A stretch of 64,000 bases of DNA from Octopus sinensis (Eukaryota). Made by a program: the position numbers and the translations under genes. Under the pieces are notes generated by a model, which was given only the letters and a program-made list of their open reading frames with translations, was not told the DNA's origin and ran no database searches. The stretch covers positions 70,742,001 through 70,806,000 of the forward strand of contig NC_043006.1 of the NCBI RefSeq assembly GCF_006345805.1, given 5' to 3'. Below are positions 24,620 to 38,768 of the stretch, one piece after another. Position 1 is the first letter of the stretch. Each line of letters starts with the position of its first letter.

Positions 24620-25570
24620 TTATCATCCTCATTTAACGTCCATTGCCCATGCTAGCATGGGTTGGGCAGTTTGACCAGAGCTGGCACGCTAGAGAGCTGC
24701 ACCAGGCTCCAATCTGATTCGTCATGTTTTCTATAGTTGGGTGCCCTTCCTAATGCCAGTCACTTTACAGAATGTTTGGGTGCTTTTACATGGTACTGAC
24801 ACAAGTGCTTTTGTAGGGGGACCAGCACAGGAGTCTTGTAGGCCAATCAATCCCCTTCACCAGTGGGGACCAGCCTTAACACTTTTGCTGTGGAGCACAG
24901 CTCTTCTTGAGTACCACGAGGTGCCAAGCATTTCGGTCCTTTATCATCTCACCCAAAAGGTTCAGCATCTGGAGATCATCCTTCAGTACTTTGTCTCATG
25001 TCTTCCTAAGTCTCCTATTTCCACATGTTCCATCTACTTTGAGAGATTAACACTTCTTTATGGAGCTGTCAGCATCCACCTGCATCACTTGACCAAACCA
25101 GCACAGTCTTCTCTCTTGCACACAGCAACCAGTTCCTCATATGTCTAACTTCTCTCTCAATACACTAACACTCTGTCGAACATGTACACTTACATTACAC
25201 ATCCAGTGGAGCATATTATCCTTATTCCTCTCTAACTTCCACATGTTCAGGGCCTATGTCCCACAACCATGTAGAATTGCTGTCCATATACCACCTGTAT
25301 CATACAATCGTATCATACAATCTTCCTTTCACTCAGAGAGAGAGAGAGAGAAAGATACCCTTCATAGCCAACAGAGGTAACAGCTCTCTGAATTTCCTCC
25401 ATCCTATTCTTATTCTTGGTGTCACATTCTCTGTGCATCATCACCCACTACTAATTTGGTACCCTGGGTATCAGAAATTATCTACTACTTCTAATGAGTT
25501 GCCAGGGCATTTGAGAGAATCAGTTTCCCAAGTCTCTGTAGTTTTTATTGATCCTGTGCATCTTTACATA
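24620..25570 (-). mobile_element. 5'-truncated decayed RTE-clade LINE with (GAT)n-type tail
   Basis: Minus strand reads LEVVDNF*YPG..ISSG, RIRIGWRKFRELLPLLAMKG and VQERRLCWFGQVMQVD, which are typical RTE C-terminal motifs. It runs into the ubiquitous 'catgctagcatgg...gttaaatgaggatgat' tail family. Confidence 0.75.
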
Positions 25571-27039
25571 TGAATACTACCTTCTCTGATAACCTTACTA
25601 TTAATCCACTGTACCTCTTGTGTATCCATAGCTCACATGGTTACACCATGTGGAGTTCCTACCTATACCTTTTCTACAAATCAAACTGGGCTACCTACAT
25701 AGAGCGGGTAGGGTCCAAGGTGAAGGCATGGCTCTGTGGTCAGCAGTTTGCTTCCCAACCATATGGTTTCAGATTGTCCCACACTGCATGATACCTTGGG
25801 CAAGTATCTTCACCTAAAGTTCTGGACCAACTAAAGCCTTGTGAATGGATCTGGTAGACAGAAGCTGAAAGAAGCCATCGTGTGTGTGTGTGTTTGTTTG
25901 TTTGTTTGTTTAGTGTTTACATCCCCACAATTTAGCAGTGCTTAGTGGTTCAACAAGAGAGACCAATAGAATAAGTACCAGGCTTGAAAAAAAAAGGGAT
26001 GTTCTGGAATCGATTTGTTTAACTAAACCTATGAAGTGACTGCTCCAGCATGGCCACAGTTCAGTGTCTAAAACAAGTAAAAGACCTTATCATCGTTTAA
26101 CGTCCGTTTTTCCATGCTAGCATGGGTTGGACGGTTCGACTGGGGTCTGGGAAACCAGGAGGCTGTACCAGGCTCCTGTCTGATCAGGCAGTGTTTCTAC
26201 AGCTGGATGCCCTTCCTAATGCCAACTGCTCTGTGAGTGTAGTGGGTGCTTTTTACAGGCCAGAGGAGGCTGGCAGTGGCCACGATCAGTTGTAAATGAA
26301 CTTTCTGGTTGTAACAACAGGAGAGGGTTCCACAATTTCTTGCTGAGCAAACTGCACAAAGGATTTTATTGTGAACAAATGTTGGTGCTGCACATTAGCC
26401 CACTCCTTCCATCAGATCGACATTGCATGAACAGGTGTACAGTGCCACATGGCAGATATTGGAAGTGATTGCAGAGCAATGCATGGTGAAGTGTTTTGCT
26501 CAAGAACTCAATGCACCACCCAGTCCAGGAATAGAAACCACAATCTCACGATCATGAGTGTAATGTCCTAACCACTAGACCAGCATGGAATATGGGCATC
26601 AAATGAAGTGGTGGTGGTGGTGGTGGTGGTGGTAATGGTGGCTCTACTCTTAGTGCTGAGTTTCTGCATCAGTAAATGTTCTGTTGTTGTTTTTTAACTA
26701 AGATGATGATGATGATGATGATTGTGTGTGTGTATTGGTAGATATAGATATCTGATGTTTGGGTTACTGCTGTTTAGCCCCAGGTCACCTCTAACTGAGC
26801 ATGTCTATATAATCAAGGACATTCCAGCTATTCCTATGTTCAGGCAAGCCAGATCCACTTTATTCATTCTTTCTCTTTTAAGGCAGTAGAGTGTGATTTC
26901 AAAGAAGATTTAATTGCTATTTCTAGTTGGTCGAGTGGCCATACAGAGGCCCTTTTGTTGACCTTTTGCTTGATTCTATATTTGTATGTATGTATGTATG
27001 TACTCTGTGTGTGTGTGAGCGTTACAAATGTGTGCGTCT

Positions 27040-27121
<82 letters not shown>

Positions 27122-27821
27122 GAATAAAAGAATCAAGTGTGCCACCTTGTCTGTTCAATATCTGTGCCAGCTGTCCTCCACAGTCAGCATTTTCTCCTAT
27201 TCAAGGTCTAGGACACTCACTACACCTACCCAGGCACCACCCACCCTATGTCTGCCATTTAAACTCTCTGTTTTTCCTTGCCTCTTTTTTCTCAAGTTCT
27301 CATTCACAATATGGCAGTATAGTAGCTGTGATGGTGGTGGCAGCTGTGGCAGCGATGCTTTGGGTGGTGGGGGATGGTGCTGTTCTGTATGAGGGATTTT
27401 GAAGCTGCTGCTATTGGAGTTTCTGTAGAATGGTGCCAACTAGTTTTTTGTGTTTTTGTGTTTTTGTTGTTTCCTTGTGTTTTGTGGAGCCATGACAAAG
27501 GAGGTCCACTGGGCCAAGGACAGAGCTTTTCACCTCTGCTCTCACACCTCTTGTAAGAGCGGACAGAGCAGAAATGCTGCCCTGTAGCTTATATTTGACG
27601 TATGATGTGTGGAAGCAATACACTTGGTTTAGATGAGAAGATTAATTTACCGTTCCGTCTGGTGGTTCAAGCAGATGCCGAGTAGAAGTTGGTCATGGGT
27701 GTGAAATATCAGGAACTTGCCTCCTTCTTTTCAATTCCTTGGAATTGTGTGTGGGTGTACATTTATTGGCCATGACACATTTGATTCCAGCCATGCTGGG
27801 ACACCAATTTAAGATTTTTAA

Positions 27822-28020
27822 TCTTTTAGCATTTCATCCAGCCATATCCAACCCAAATATTCTACTTGTTCTATGTTAAAATCAACCAGATTCAACCTCT
27901 CACACCTATCCTACAATGTCATTCTAAAAATATACCAATGCACTATTGAAATCATGAAGCTAGAAATGTGTGATTTCTTCAAAACATTACGTTCGACAAA
28001 GAAATTTGAATGCTAAAGAG
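27822..28020. mobile_element. piggyBac-like MITE
   Basis: ttaa|tcttttagcatt ... aatgctaaagag|ttaa. Confidence 0.65.
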
Positions 28021-29102
28021 TTAAGGAGCAGAAGCCAAGTAAAGGGAGATAATTCAGAGGTAACTAGTGCAGATTATTTTTGTTGAAAATCCCAGTTTTT
28101 TTTTGGTGGGGGATGTTATTCCAGTTTCCATGATTGTATTGATTGTACAAGATTCTTGTCCGTTGCAGAGTTAATTCTGTAACTGCTGCTGGTCCTCATT
28201 TTCAGCTGAGTGGACTCCCGGATGCAACCTGTTGTTTGCTCTGAGAATTTCAATTATGAGACCAACACCCAAGCCAGCAAACCACACACCATCCCACCGA
28301 TGTGAACACACACACTCTCACATTCACACACTTACACAAGCATACTCACAGACACACTCACATACACCCACACTCTCACACACACACACACATTCTCACA
28401 CACACACACACTCGCACACATTAGTCTTCCATTCAATTTTGTATCTCACCAAAGTTTACTCAGCAGGTATGGATCATCTCAAGGCACTTGGCCCAGGTTC
28501 TGTTCAGTAGGAATGAACCAGGAGACATTTCATTGTGAAATATATAATTTTTGTTACTTCCCACAGGCTACCAAACCATAAAAGTACCTCGTTCTCTCTT
28601 AGTTTAGGAAGGACATATGAGTTTTTCTATGTTTGTCATAGTCAGCTTTATTTTCACTTGGACACCATGCAGCTAAATGATTGTGTGAAATCTTTAGGTC
28701 CAAATATGTAATCTTGTTTACAATAATCTCCACATCATCTTTGCTGCTTCCATCACCATCATCATCATTATAAACATTGCCTTTTAGTAAATCTGATGGC
28801 CTTATGGGCTGTACCTATCACCTATGGTAGGCCACAAAGCAACCATAAGGAGATTTACTTGCTATTTCTAGTAGGTTGGTTGACCATATGGAGGCCCATT
28901 TGTTAGCTTGTGTGTCTGAATGTGTGTGTGTAGGTCAGGCATGGCTGTGTGGTAAGAAGTTTACTTCCCAAAAACATGGTTCTAGGTTTAGTCCCACTGT
29001 GATGTACCTTGAGCAAGTATCTTCACTATAGCCCCAGGCTGACCAAAGACTTGCGACTGGATTTGTTTGATGGAAACTGAAAGCTCGTAGTATATATATA
29101 TA

Positions 29103-29487
29103 TCATGGCAGTCTGTCGGTTACGACAACGAGGGTTCCCGTTGATCCGATCAATAGAACAGCCTGTTCATGAAATTAACGGGCATGTGGCTGAGCACTCC
29201 ACAGACATGGGTACTCTTAACGTAGTTCTTGGAGAGATTCAGTGTGACACAGTGTGTGACAAGGCTGGGCCTTTGAAATACAAGTACAACAGTAACAGGA
29301 AGAAAGAGTGAGAGAAAGTTGTGGTGAAAGTGCACAACAGGGTTTGCTACAGCCCCCTGCTGGAGCCTCATGGAACTTTAGGTGTTTTTATTCAATAAAC
29401 ACTCACAAAGCCCAGTCTGGGAATCAAAACCTCGATCCCATGACTGCGAGTCTGCTGCCTTAACCACTGGGCCATCGTGCCTCCACA
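29103..29487 (-). mobile_element. tRNA-headed SINE with conserved central domain (family D)
   Basis: tRNA-like head at the 29487 end. The body gaaattaacg..gtggctgagcactccacagac..gagattcag.gtgacac is shared with ~3912-4230. Confidence 0.65.
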
Positions 29488-30270
29488 TACATACATACAT
29501 ACATACACACATACACATACATACACACACACACACACACACAACGGTGGTACTCCAGCATGGCCACAGTCCAATAACTGAAACTAGTAAAAGGTGATTC
29601 TTTTTACTTGTTTCAGTCATTTAACTGTGGTCATGCTGGAGCATCGCCTTTAATCGAGCAAATTGACCCCAAGACTTATTCTTTGTAAGCCTAGTACTTA
29701 CTCTATCAGTCCTTTTTGCCAAACCACTAAGTTACAAGGACATAAACACACCAGAATCATCGGTTGTTGGGGGGACTAAAACAGACACACAAATATATAT
29801 ATACATAAATAGATAGATATATAGATATATATACACGACAAGCTTCTTTCAGTTTCTGTCTCACAAGGCTTTGGTCTGTCTGAGGCTATAGTAGAAGACA
29901 CTTACCACACAGCCACTCCTGTGACTATATATATATATTTATATATATATATTTGTATGTGTGTCTTAGTGTTTATCCCCAACCACTGCTTGACAACCAG
30001 TGATGGTTTGTTTATGTTCCCTCTACTTAGCAGTTCAGCAAAACTCACCAATTCAGCAAGTCCTGGACTTGGTCTGTTTGAGTAAATTCTTCAAGGCAGC
30101 ACCATCCCAACATGGCCACAATCACATGACTGGAATAAGTAAAAGAAAGCACACATACCCCCCCCCACACACACACACACGTTTATCTCTGTCTCATTAA
30201 ATTGCGTGTGTGCGCAAGCATGGAAAAAAAAGCAACCGTTAATGGCTTATGTTTTTCACAGTCTGTCACC

Positions 30271-30317
<47 letters not shown>

Positions 30318-30339
30318 CATATATATGTGTGTGTGTATG

Positions 30340-30414
<75 letters not shown>

Positions 30415-30431
30415 TTATGTGTGTGTGTGTG

Positions 30432-30472
<41 letters not shown>

Positions 30473-30808
30473 CTGTATATTTCCCCCTTCTTCTCTTCCC
30501 CACTTATTCAAAATCAACATAACATACGCTGATGTAATGCAAGAACAGTTTTGTTTACAACCACCACTCTGTTGAATTGAATTCATTCACAACATCCAGA
30601 CTGTACTGGTGGTGGCAGTGGCGATATAAGTGCGTGTCTAGTAGTGGTGATGAACTGGAGGTATGTGTGTTGTGACGATAGACTAAGTGCAGTTCTGGTT
30701 GTGAGGATACAGTTGTAGTAGTGCCACTGACTAATATATATGTATATATATATATATATATATATGGGTTTGATGATGCAAACAGAAAAAATAGAACTCA
30801 AAACATGA

Positions 30809-30852
<44 letters not shown>

Positions 30853-31546
30853 ATACACACACACTCACAAACGTTTTTAATTAGTAATCGGCAGAAATTA
30901 CAAAATGACTCAAGGGCTGAGAGTTTCATGTGCTGACGTTCACCAAACTCTGTGTGTGTGTCTGTGTGCATATTAGGGGTTTACTACAAAGGGGAAGTCA
31001 CCATAATCAACATTTCCCTCGACTTGAAGGAACTACCCTCCGTCCCACCCCACCCCCACCGTATGCAGCCGGGTGGTCACCAAGAAACCTAGTTGTAGAT
31101 AAATGGTTTGTATGAACTCTCCAAACAGTGGGCAGACTCACTGACAGAGATGAGAACCAGCAATAAGTGGCCGAGTGGTAAGGAGTTTGCTTCTTGACTG
31201 CATGGTCTTAGGTTCAGTCCCACTGTGTGGCACTTTGGACAAATGTCTTCTACTATAGCCCTGGGTCAACCAAAGATTTGTGAGTGAATCTAGCAGATGG
31301 AAACTGAAAGAAGCCCATCATTTATATAAATCTTATGCGTGTGTGTGCTTGTTTGTTTTTGTGTTTGTTCAGTGTTGGTTTGTTTATATCCCTATAACTT
31401 AGAGGTGCAGTGTAATAGACTAATATAATATATACCAGGTTTAAAAGAAAACAAATGCAGGGTCAATTTGTTCAACCAAACCCTTCAAGGTGGTGCCCCA
31501 GTATGACCGCAGTTCAGTGACTGAAACAAGTACAAAATATAAAAGA

Positions 31547-31725
31547 TAAAACAGGTGTCTATTAGGGTCCAATTTTTAGCCCTTTCCTATTCATTATCGT
31601 CCTCAGCGCTATAACGACAGAGTTTAAGATTGGTTGTTTGTGATGGGAAAAACTTATATATTGCAATGACCTAATTCTTCATTGTTGGATCTCTTGAAGA
31701 ATTAGTGAAGAAATTTCAAACATGG
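31547..31725 (+). mobile_element. Decayed RTE-clade reverse transcriptase fragment
   Basis: Translates with frameshifts to GVY*GPIFSPFLFIIV...ITTEFKIGC...YCNDL...EELVKKFQTW, a degenerate form of GVHQGSVLSPLLFIIV...YADDL. Confidence 0.65.
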
Positions 31726-33918
31726 GTGTTGCTTCCACAAATGTGGAAGCAACACCCATACTACAACAAATATATACACGCACATACCATCAATATCACA
31801 ACAGATATACACACATACACACACACACATACCATCAACACCACAACTGATATACATACCATTAATACCATGACTAATACACACTCAGCCCACTACTATC
31901 AATACTCTCCATAACTGACCACCACTGTATATTCATTACTACCATTCTCACAATAAATGTCCAAACTGGTTTCCTCTTGTGCAATAATTGTCAGTCAGGG
32001 TCCCTATGACCCTTCGGGTTCCATATGAGATTTAGTTGTTAAGAATTTTATATGCAGTAATTTGCTCATAATTCTACATTACATAAAATGTTTTAATTCT
32101 TTTTTATACAATTTCTAATAAAATTTAATTATAAAAATACAGTAGGATTTTTTTTATATACATCAAATGGCTATGGAGGTCCAGTGGAGTAAGATAGGAA
32201 TGAAGAGGAGCCATAGGCAAAAAATGGTTGAATACCAGTGTTACTGCATCTCCCATGAGCTGGTTCCCAGAAGAGCAGCTTCTGTAGAACTTCCTGCTTA
32301 CTTCTCCAGCAATGTCCTGCAAATCTGTCCTGTCTTTGAACAATTGTAATTGTTACCTTTGTCAAATTTTCATTTGTAATGCGCTGATGTTAGTTTATGC
32401 TTTGTACAACCCTAAGTATCTTGGTGTATGCATCATATGCTGTGCTTGAGATGACTTGTCATGGCCAAGTGAAATTGTAGTCATGGCTAATGCCAGTGCT
32501 GTGTGACTGGCACCCATACCAGTGGCATGTAGAAAGCATCGTTCAAACATTGGGCCTCACAGAGACGGTGACGGGTAACCAAGATCTTTGGCGATGTACC
32601 ATGCTTGAGAAGACCTGTCAAACCAAGTGGCTGATGACGGTGGCACATAAAAAGCACCCACTACACTCTTGGAGTGGTTGGCATTAGGAAGGACATCCAG
32701 TTGTAGAACCCATGCCAAATCAGATTGGAACCTAGTGCAGCTCCCCAGCTTACCAGTGCTCATTGAAACTGTCCAACCCATGCCAGCATGGAAAACGGAC
32801 ATTAAATGATGATGATCATCATCATCGTCGTCGTCATCATCATCATCATCATCTAATTTCTTCTGAAGTGTTTGTGTCAGGGTCCATTTCCTTGATCCCA
32901 TACCACGACACTGACTCAACAGATGCTCTGAAGAATGATATTCTGGTTTTACTGATTAGATCTGACTCCTGCGTCTCTTCTTTTTTTGATGAACTTATCC
33001 AGCTGCCCAAATGTAGAAACTCATCAACTCAATTTATTATTCCACCATCTGGTGTAACAAGATTTCCTCCCTCTTGTTTGAATGATATGTACTCTGTCTT
33101 ACTATACACACATACTACAACTATTACCACCACCACCACTACTACCACCATTTCTACTACAACTACACACACCTACACACTCACACACACATCATGAGGC
33201 CTTAGAATAAACCTAGTATAAGCATGAGTTTTAATTATAAGGGAAGGAAAGAGAGAACTCTGTTGTTATTCGCAACATGTTGTATGTGGAGAATGAGAGT
33301 TTGATAACAAAGGCCCTAATGATCTAGATGGAGGTCCGAGACTGAAAATCATGGAAAGCAGTGAGGAAGTGGATGGGATATGCTAGGTTTAAACTGACCA
33401 TCACAAGCTAAGTGTCATGACCACTTCTCTATGAGTCCATGTGAGAAAGGGAGGAGGAGGAGGATTACATATGTGAGATGTTGCTGAGTCTCTATGTTGC
33501 CTCTGTGTGTATGTACATGTGTGTGTGTGTGTGGGTGTGTGTGTTTTACTATGCACAAACAGATAGATATGTGTCTTCAGCTGATCACTGCTGAGACAGT
33601 GATCACCAATAACAATAACACCGACTCTGGTACAGATCAATACTTTCAGAAACCATGTTTACCAAACTCACTCAGTACAATAGTAGCAGTAGCACATCCA
33701 TTGTTGTTGTGGTGCTTGTACTAGATGTGGTGGTGGTGCTGGTGGTGGTCGCAGTTGTAGTAATAATGTTTGGTGGGCTTCTGATAATTCAGACAATGTT
33801 GAAATGCTGACTCTCATTCTTTTCACCTAGTTGTTGTAATATGTCTGTAGATAGGAAAATATGATTTATATGTACAGATATATTTATATATTCATACATA
33901 TCATCATCATCATCATAA

Positions 33919-34437
33919 CTCTTTAGCATTCAGATTATTCTGTCAAATGTATTACTTTTTTATTCACTCAGTTTTGAATTTATCTTGCATTTTCTTGTAA
34001 CTTGTAAGATTTCAGTGGTGTCTCTCTCTTTACTTGTTTCAGTCATTTGACTGTGGCCATGCTGGAGCACCGCCTGTAGTCGAGCATATCGACCCCAGGA
34101 CTTATTCTTTGTAAGCCTAGTACTATTCTATCGGTCTCTTTTACCGAACCGCTAAGTTACGGGGACATAAACACACCAGCATCAGTTGTCAAGCGATGTT
34201 GCGGGGACAAACACACACACATATACATATATACGACAGGCTTCTTTCAGTTTCTGTCTACCAAATCCACTCACAAGGTTTTGGTCCGCCTGAGGCTATA
34301 GTAGAAGACACTGAACCTGGAACCATATGGTTGGTAAGCAAGCTACCTGACATTGTGGGCTAGGTGTGAGAGATTGGACCTTGTCAGTTTTAGCATAAAA
34401 CCAGGGGAATATCTGGGCCAGATTAAATGCTAAAGGG
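33919..34437. mobile_element. piggyBac-like MITE split by a SINE (~34030-34345)
   Basis: Termini ctctttagcattc ... aatgctaaaggg|ttaa. The internal SINE is family B in minus orientation. Confidence 0.65.
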
Positions 34438-36699
34438 TTAATGTCCACTTTTGCCTGTTTGCATGGGTTCAATCGAGTTTATTGCGGCAGATATTCTTTG
34501 GCCAGATGCCCTTTCTGATGCCAAACCTCACTTACCTTCCTGTAAGAAAATATTTCCTCATAACCAAAAATGTTCTCGCAGGCTGTTGGAAATGGACGAC
34601 AGTAGCAGTCATTTTACAACTATCATGTGATACACACACATACCACCATCATCATCATCATCATTATCATCATTTAACATCCACTTTTCCATGCCTGCAT
34701 GGCTCAGATGGAATTTGCTGAGGCAGATTTTCTACAGCCAGAGGCCCTTTCTGTTGCCATCCCTTATCCATTTCCAAACAAGGTAATATTTCCTCATGAC
34801 CAGATATACTTTTTTTTTACAGAAAACTAGAAGTTAACAACACTGCTTGTATGCTGGTGATAATTGTTTACAACCATCAGATGCTGTCAAGACAAGAGTA
34901 CAAACACACACACACACACAAATACACAGTGTCCCTCACTCCCTTTCATACACTGACATACACGCACACATGCAATAGGCTTCTTTTAATTTCTGCCTAC
35001 CAAATCCACTCACAAGGTTTTAGTTGGCCTCATGTCTATTGAAGAAGACATGTGCCCAAGGTGCCACACAGTGGGACTGAACCCAAGCCCATGTTGTTAG
35101 GAAGTAAGCTTCTGAACCACACGGTTGTGCTAGGACCTACACACCCACACACACATATGTAAGTACTTATAAAAGTAGGTTAATGTGAACTCTAATTAGC
35201 ATTAAAATTAAGATTAAGTAAAGGATTTATTAAAACAGCATACAGAGATGTGACTATTATTATTGTTATTGTTGCTGTTGTTGTTCTGAATTGTTTCTGA
35301 ATTCAAATCCTGCCTCGGTTTATATTATTTTGCATTTTATGCCGGCAACATCAGTGAAGTACCAGTCAAGTACTGGGGTCGATTGCACTGACTAACATCC
35401 TCCGTTGTTGGCCCTTTTGCTTAGATTAAAGAACATTATTAGTTGTTGTTATTAATGTTGTTTTCTCTATAGTGTGTGTGCGTATTTGTATTCATGTTTT
35501 GGCTACATTTGCGTGCATGTATATACATGTATATTTTTGTGTACACATTCATGCAAGCATGTGTGTATGTGTTTTCATACTTCTATGTATACTTGTGACT
35601 GTATCTGTGTTTGCATGTATGCTTGTGTGTGTGTGTGTATGTGTGTCTTCATGTTTTGTGTGTGTTTGCTTGCATCTGTGCATGTGTGTATGTTTCTCTG
35701 TATATGTTCATGTGTGTTCTTGTGTGTGTGCATACTCATATGCATATTTTCATATTTGTATGTATATGTGAATATAAATTAATGTATGTATGCATATGAG
35801 TATATTTGTATTAGCATGTATGTTTGCATATATGTCTATATTTGTGTGTGTGTGTGTGGTGTGTGTGTGTGTGTGTGATTCATCTGAATATACATCAATG
35901 ACACTTGAGATTTTGCCGTTTTCTTTCCCCTCACCCTACCCCTACCCACTCCCCTCACCCTACCCCTACCCACTCCCCTCCTTGAGAAATCTTTGTTGGA
36001 AAGTGGGGCAGTCATGTTATGTCTTGGAAGTGTGTCTGTTGGCGCCACTCTCAGACTGAGGGCTTCCGTAGTCCTTCCTACAGACTACAGAGTCACTGCT
36101 CTGGTTGGCTTAACTCTTTCATAACATCAGACTTTTTTTGTTGTGATAGAATCTTCCATGTTGTCACGACTGAGACCACACAGATACTACACACACACAC
36201 ACATACACTCACACACAACTGACCACACGTGTACATCCAGCTAGCTCACACATATACACATACCCCCATACATACAGATTATCCACTATACATACATTTT
36301 GTCATACATACATACATACACTCCACCATGCATTCCTACATCCACCACACCATAGCATATCCCTGGTCCATTATATTGTCTTAACTTCGTAACCACGGTA
36401 ATACACCATCATGTCCACATTACTCGTGGCCATATAGAGGGTTGGCTTGTATTATTATTGTTAGTTTGTCTTTCATCCTTTCAGGGTCAATAGATTAGTA
36501 CCCGGAGGGAGCAAGCAGGCAGAATCATTATCACACTCAACAAAATGCTTAATGGAATTTCGTCCATCTTTATATTCTGGCTTCAAATTCTATCACAGTA
36601 GACTTTGCCTTTTATCCTTTTAGGGTCAGTGACGTAAGTACCAGCTTAGCACTGAGGTCATTATAATCAACTACAAAAGTTCAGGCTTTGTGCCTATAC

Positions 36700-37110
36700 A
36701 GTTCTGTATTTAAGAGATGAGGAATTATGTACATTATTTACATTTGATAGATATTTGTCCTCATCTTGTTTGTTGTTAACACAACATTTTGGCTGATATA
36801 CTCTCCAGCTTTCATCAGGTGTCTTGGAGGAATTTCAAACCTGGGTTTTCATTCCTAAGGTATTCTTTTCTAAGGAAGGATAGGAAAATATTAGATTTAT
36901 AAGCCCTAAAATTCACTATATAATTGCCCATGGGCATATGGTCTAGTGGTTAAAAGCGTGGGCTACTAACCCCAAGATTCCGAATTTGATTCCAGGCAGT
37001 GACCTAAATAATAATGATAATGACAATGACAACAACGACGAACCCAGGTGCGAAATTTACCCAAGACACCTGATGAAGGCTGGAGGACAAATATCCATCA
37101 AATATAAATT
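36700..37110. mobile_element. Divergent (head-to-head) pair of fragments of a repeat with a tRNA-like head and a degenerate minimal HHR, possibly Penelope-like
   Basis: Minus copy (~36700-36870) reads ccaagacacCTGATGAaagctggagagtatatcagccAAAAtgttgtgtt...gatgaggacaaatat. Plus copy (~36930-37110) has A/B-box-like tggtctagtggtt / gaatttgattcc, then ccaagacacCTGATGAaggctgg joined directly to aggacaaatat by an internal deletion. Confidence 0.6.
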
Positions 37111-38768
37111 TGTGTCTATAGTAGAAAGAATCTGCTATAATAATACTCTTTTGTTTTTCTCCGCTACAACATATGAATGAGAAAGATAGATGAATGAGGA
37201 AGGAAGCGGTGATGGCAAACTGGTAGTGGGAGCATTTGTGTGTGTTGTGGCGGACACCTAGGTGAGAAGTGGACTGGTCCATTACTAATAAATAGTGGAC
37301 AGACTCAGTAAGTAGGGTCAATCAGCATGGCATGCTGTTCAGGCCAGTCATGCAGACAACAAAATACATCGTCATAATGCAGGATATATCAGTGTGTGTT
37401 TGTAAAAGGGAGGTATGTGAATGGAAGTGGGATGGTGAACAGTCAATGCTGAAAAGAAAAAAATCAAACAGCGTTTCAACTCTGATCAATGTTACATCTC
37501 AAAAGACAACCACTAGCTGTAGAAACCATGCTGAATCGGATTGGAATCTGGTACAGCTCCCCAACTTACCAGTTATCAGCCAAACTGTCCAACCCATGAG
37601 GGCATGGAAAACGGATGATGACGATGATGATGAGGAGGAGGATTAAGATGGCAAACTAGCAGAATTGTTAGCACATCAGACAAAATGCTTAGTGGCATAT
37701 CTTGTCATGTCATTGCGTTCAAATTCTACCAAGGTGTAATTCGCCTTTCATTTTTTCAGGGTCAATAAATTAAGTACCAGCCGATCACTAAGATCAATGT
37801 AATTGACTAACACCTATGATTGCCAAGTCTGTTCCTAGAATGTGTAGAACCCTGCCAAATCCCTGCTGTGTTTTTATGCTGATGGTGTAAGATCTTCCAT
37901 TACCTCCACCACCATCACTAACTTTACCATCTCTTCCATCTCCACCATCATCAACATTACTTTTGTGAATATCATTTCCGCATCACTAAATCTGTCACAC
38001 CAACTCAACCACTGACCTGCCATTTCACCAAATTTACTCTAGTTTCCTAGTTACAAAATCTGTGACTGCATGACACTGAATTTTCTATATTATTGCAAGC
38101 TTAAACTGCTGCCATCCCTGGCAAACGAATACTCACCACCAAGGAGATCCAATACAGATGAAAACTATATGGTCTGGTGATCTCAGAGCTAGGGTGACAG
38201 GAGTTATCTCCCGCTTGCAATAAATATCACATGTGAGAAGTGCACTGAATAAACCAGTTTGAGATGATGTCTTCCTGGGATTGAATGGCAGTATCTCCAT
38301 CTCTTAGAGGACAGCCACATTAAAGTGGCCACAAACAATACTCTCACAATGTTTTTTCAATATGTCAGAGGCTGACTGTCTGTGCAAAAGGTTCTACTCC
38401 TTTTTGACAATTGTTAATAAGACTAAAGATGTTCCAGTCATGACTCCCACCTTATTACACATACAGTTTCAGCTGTGTATATCACATACTAACATTTTCG
38501 ATTTTACTGATGGAACAGGTAACACATAATAATAATAATAACAACAACAACAACAACAATAATAATTATAATTATAATAATGGTTTCAAATTTTGCCTCA
38601 AGGGCAGCAATTTTGAGGGAGGGGATGAGTCGATTACATCGACCCCAGTGTGTAACTGGTACTTATTCTATCGACCCCAAAGGATGAAAGGCAAAGTCGA
38701 CCTCAGGAAATAATAATGATTTCAAATTTTGATTCAGAGCCTGCAGTTTTTGAGGGGAGGAGGAAGTC

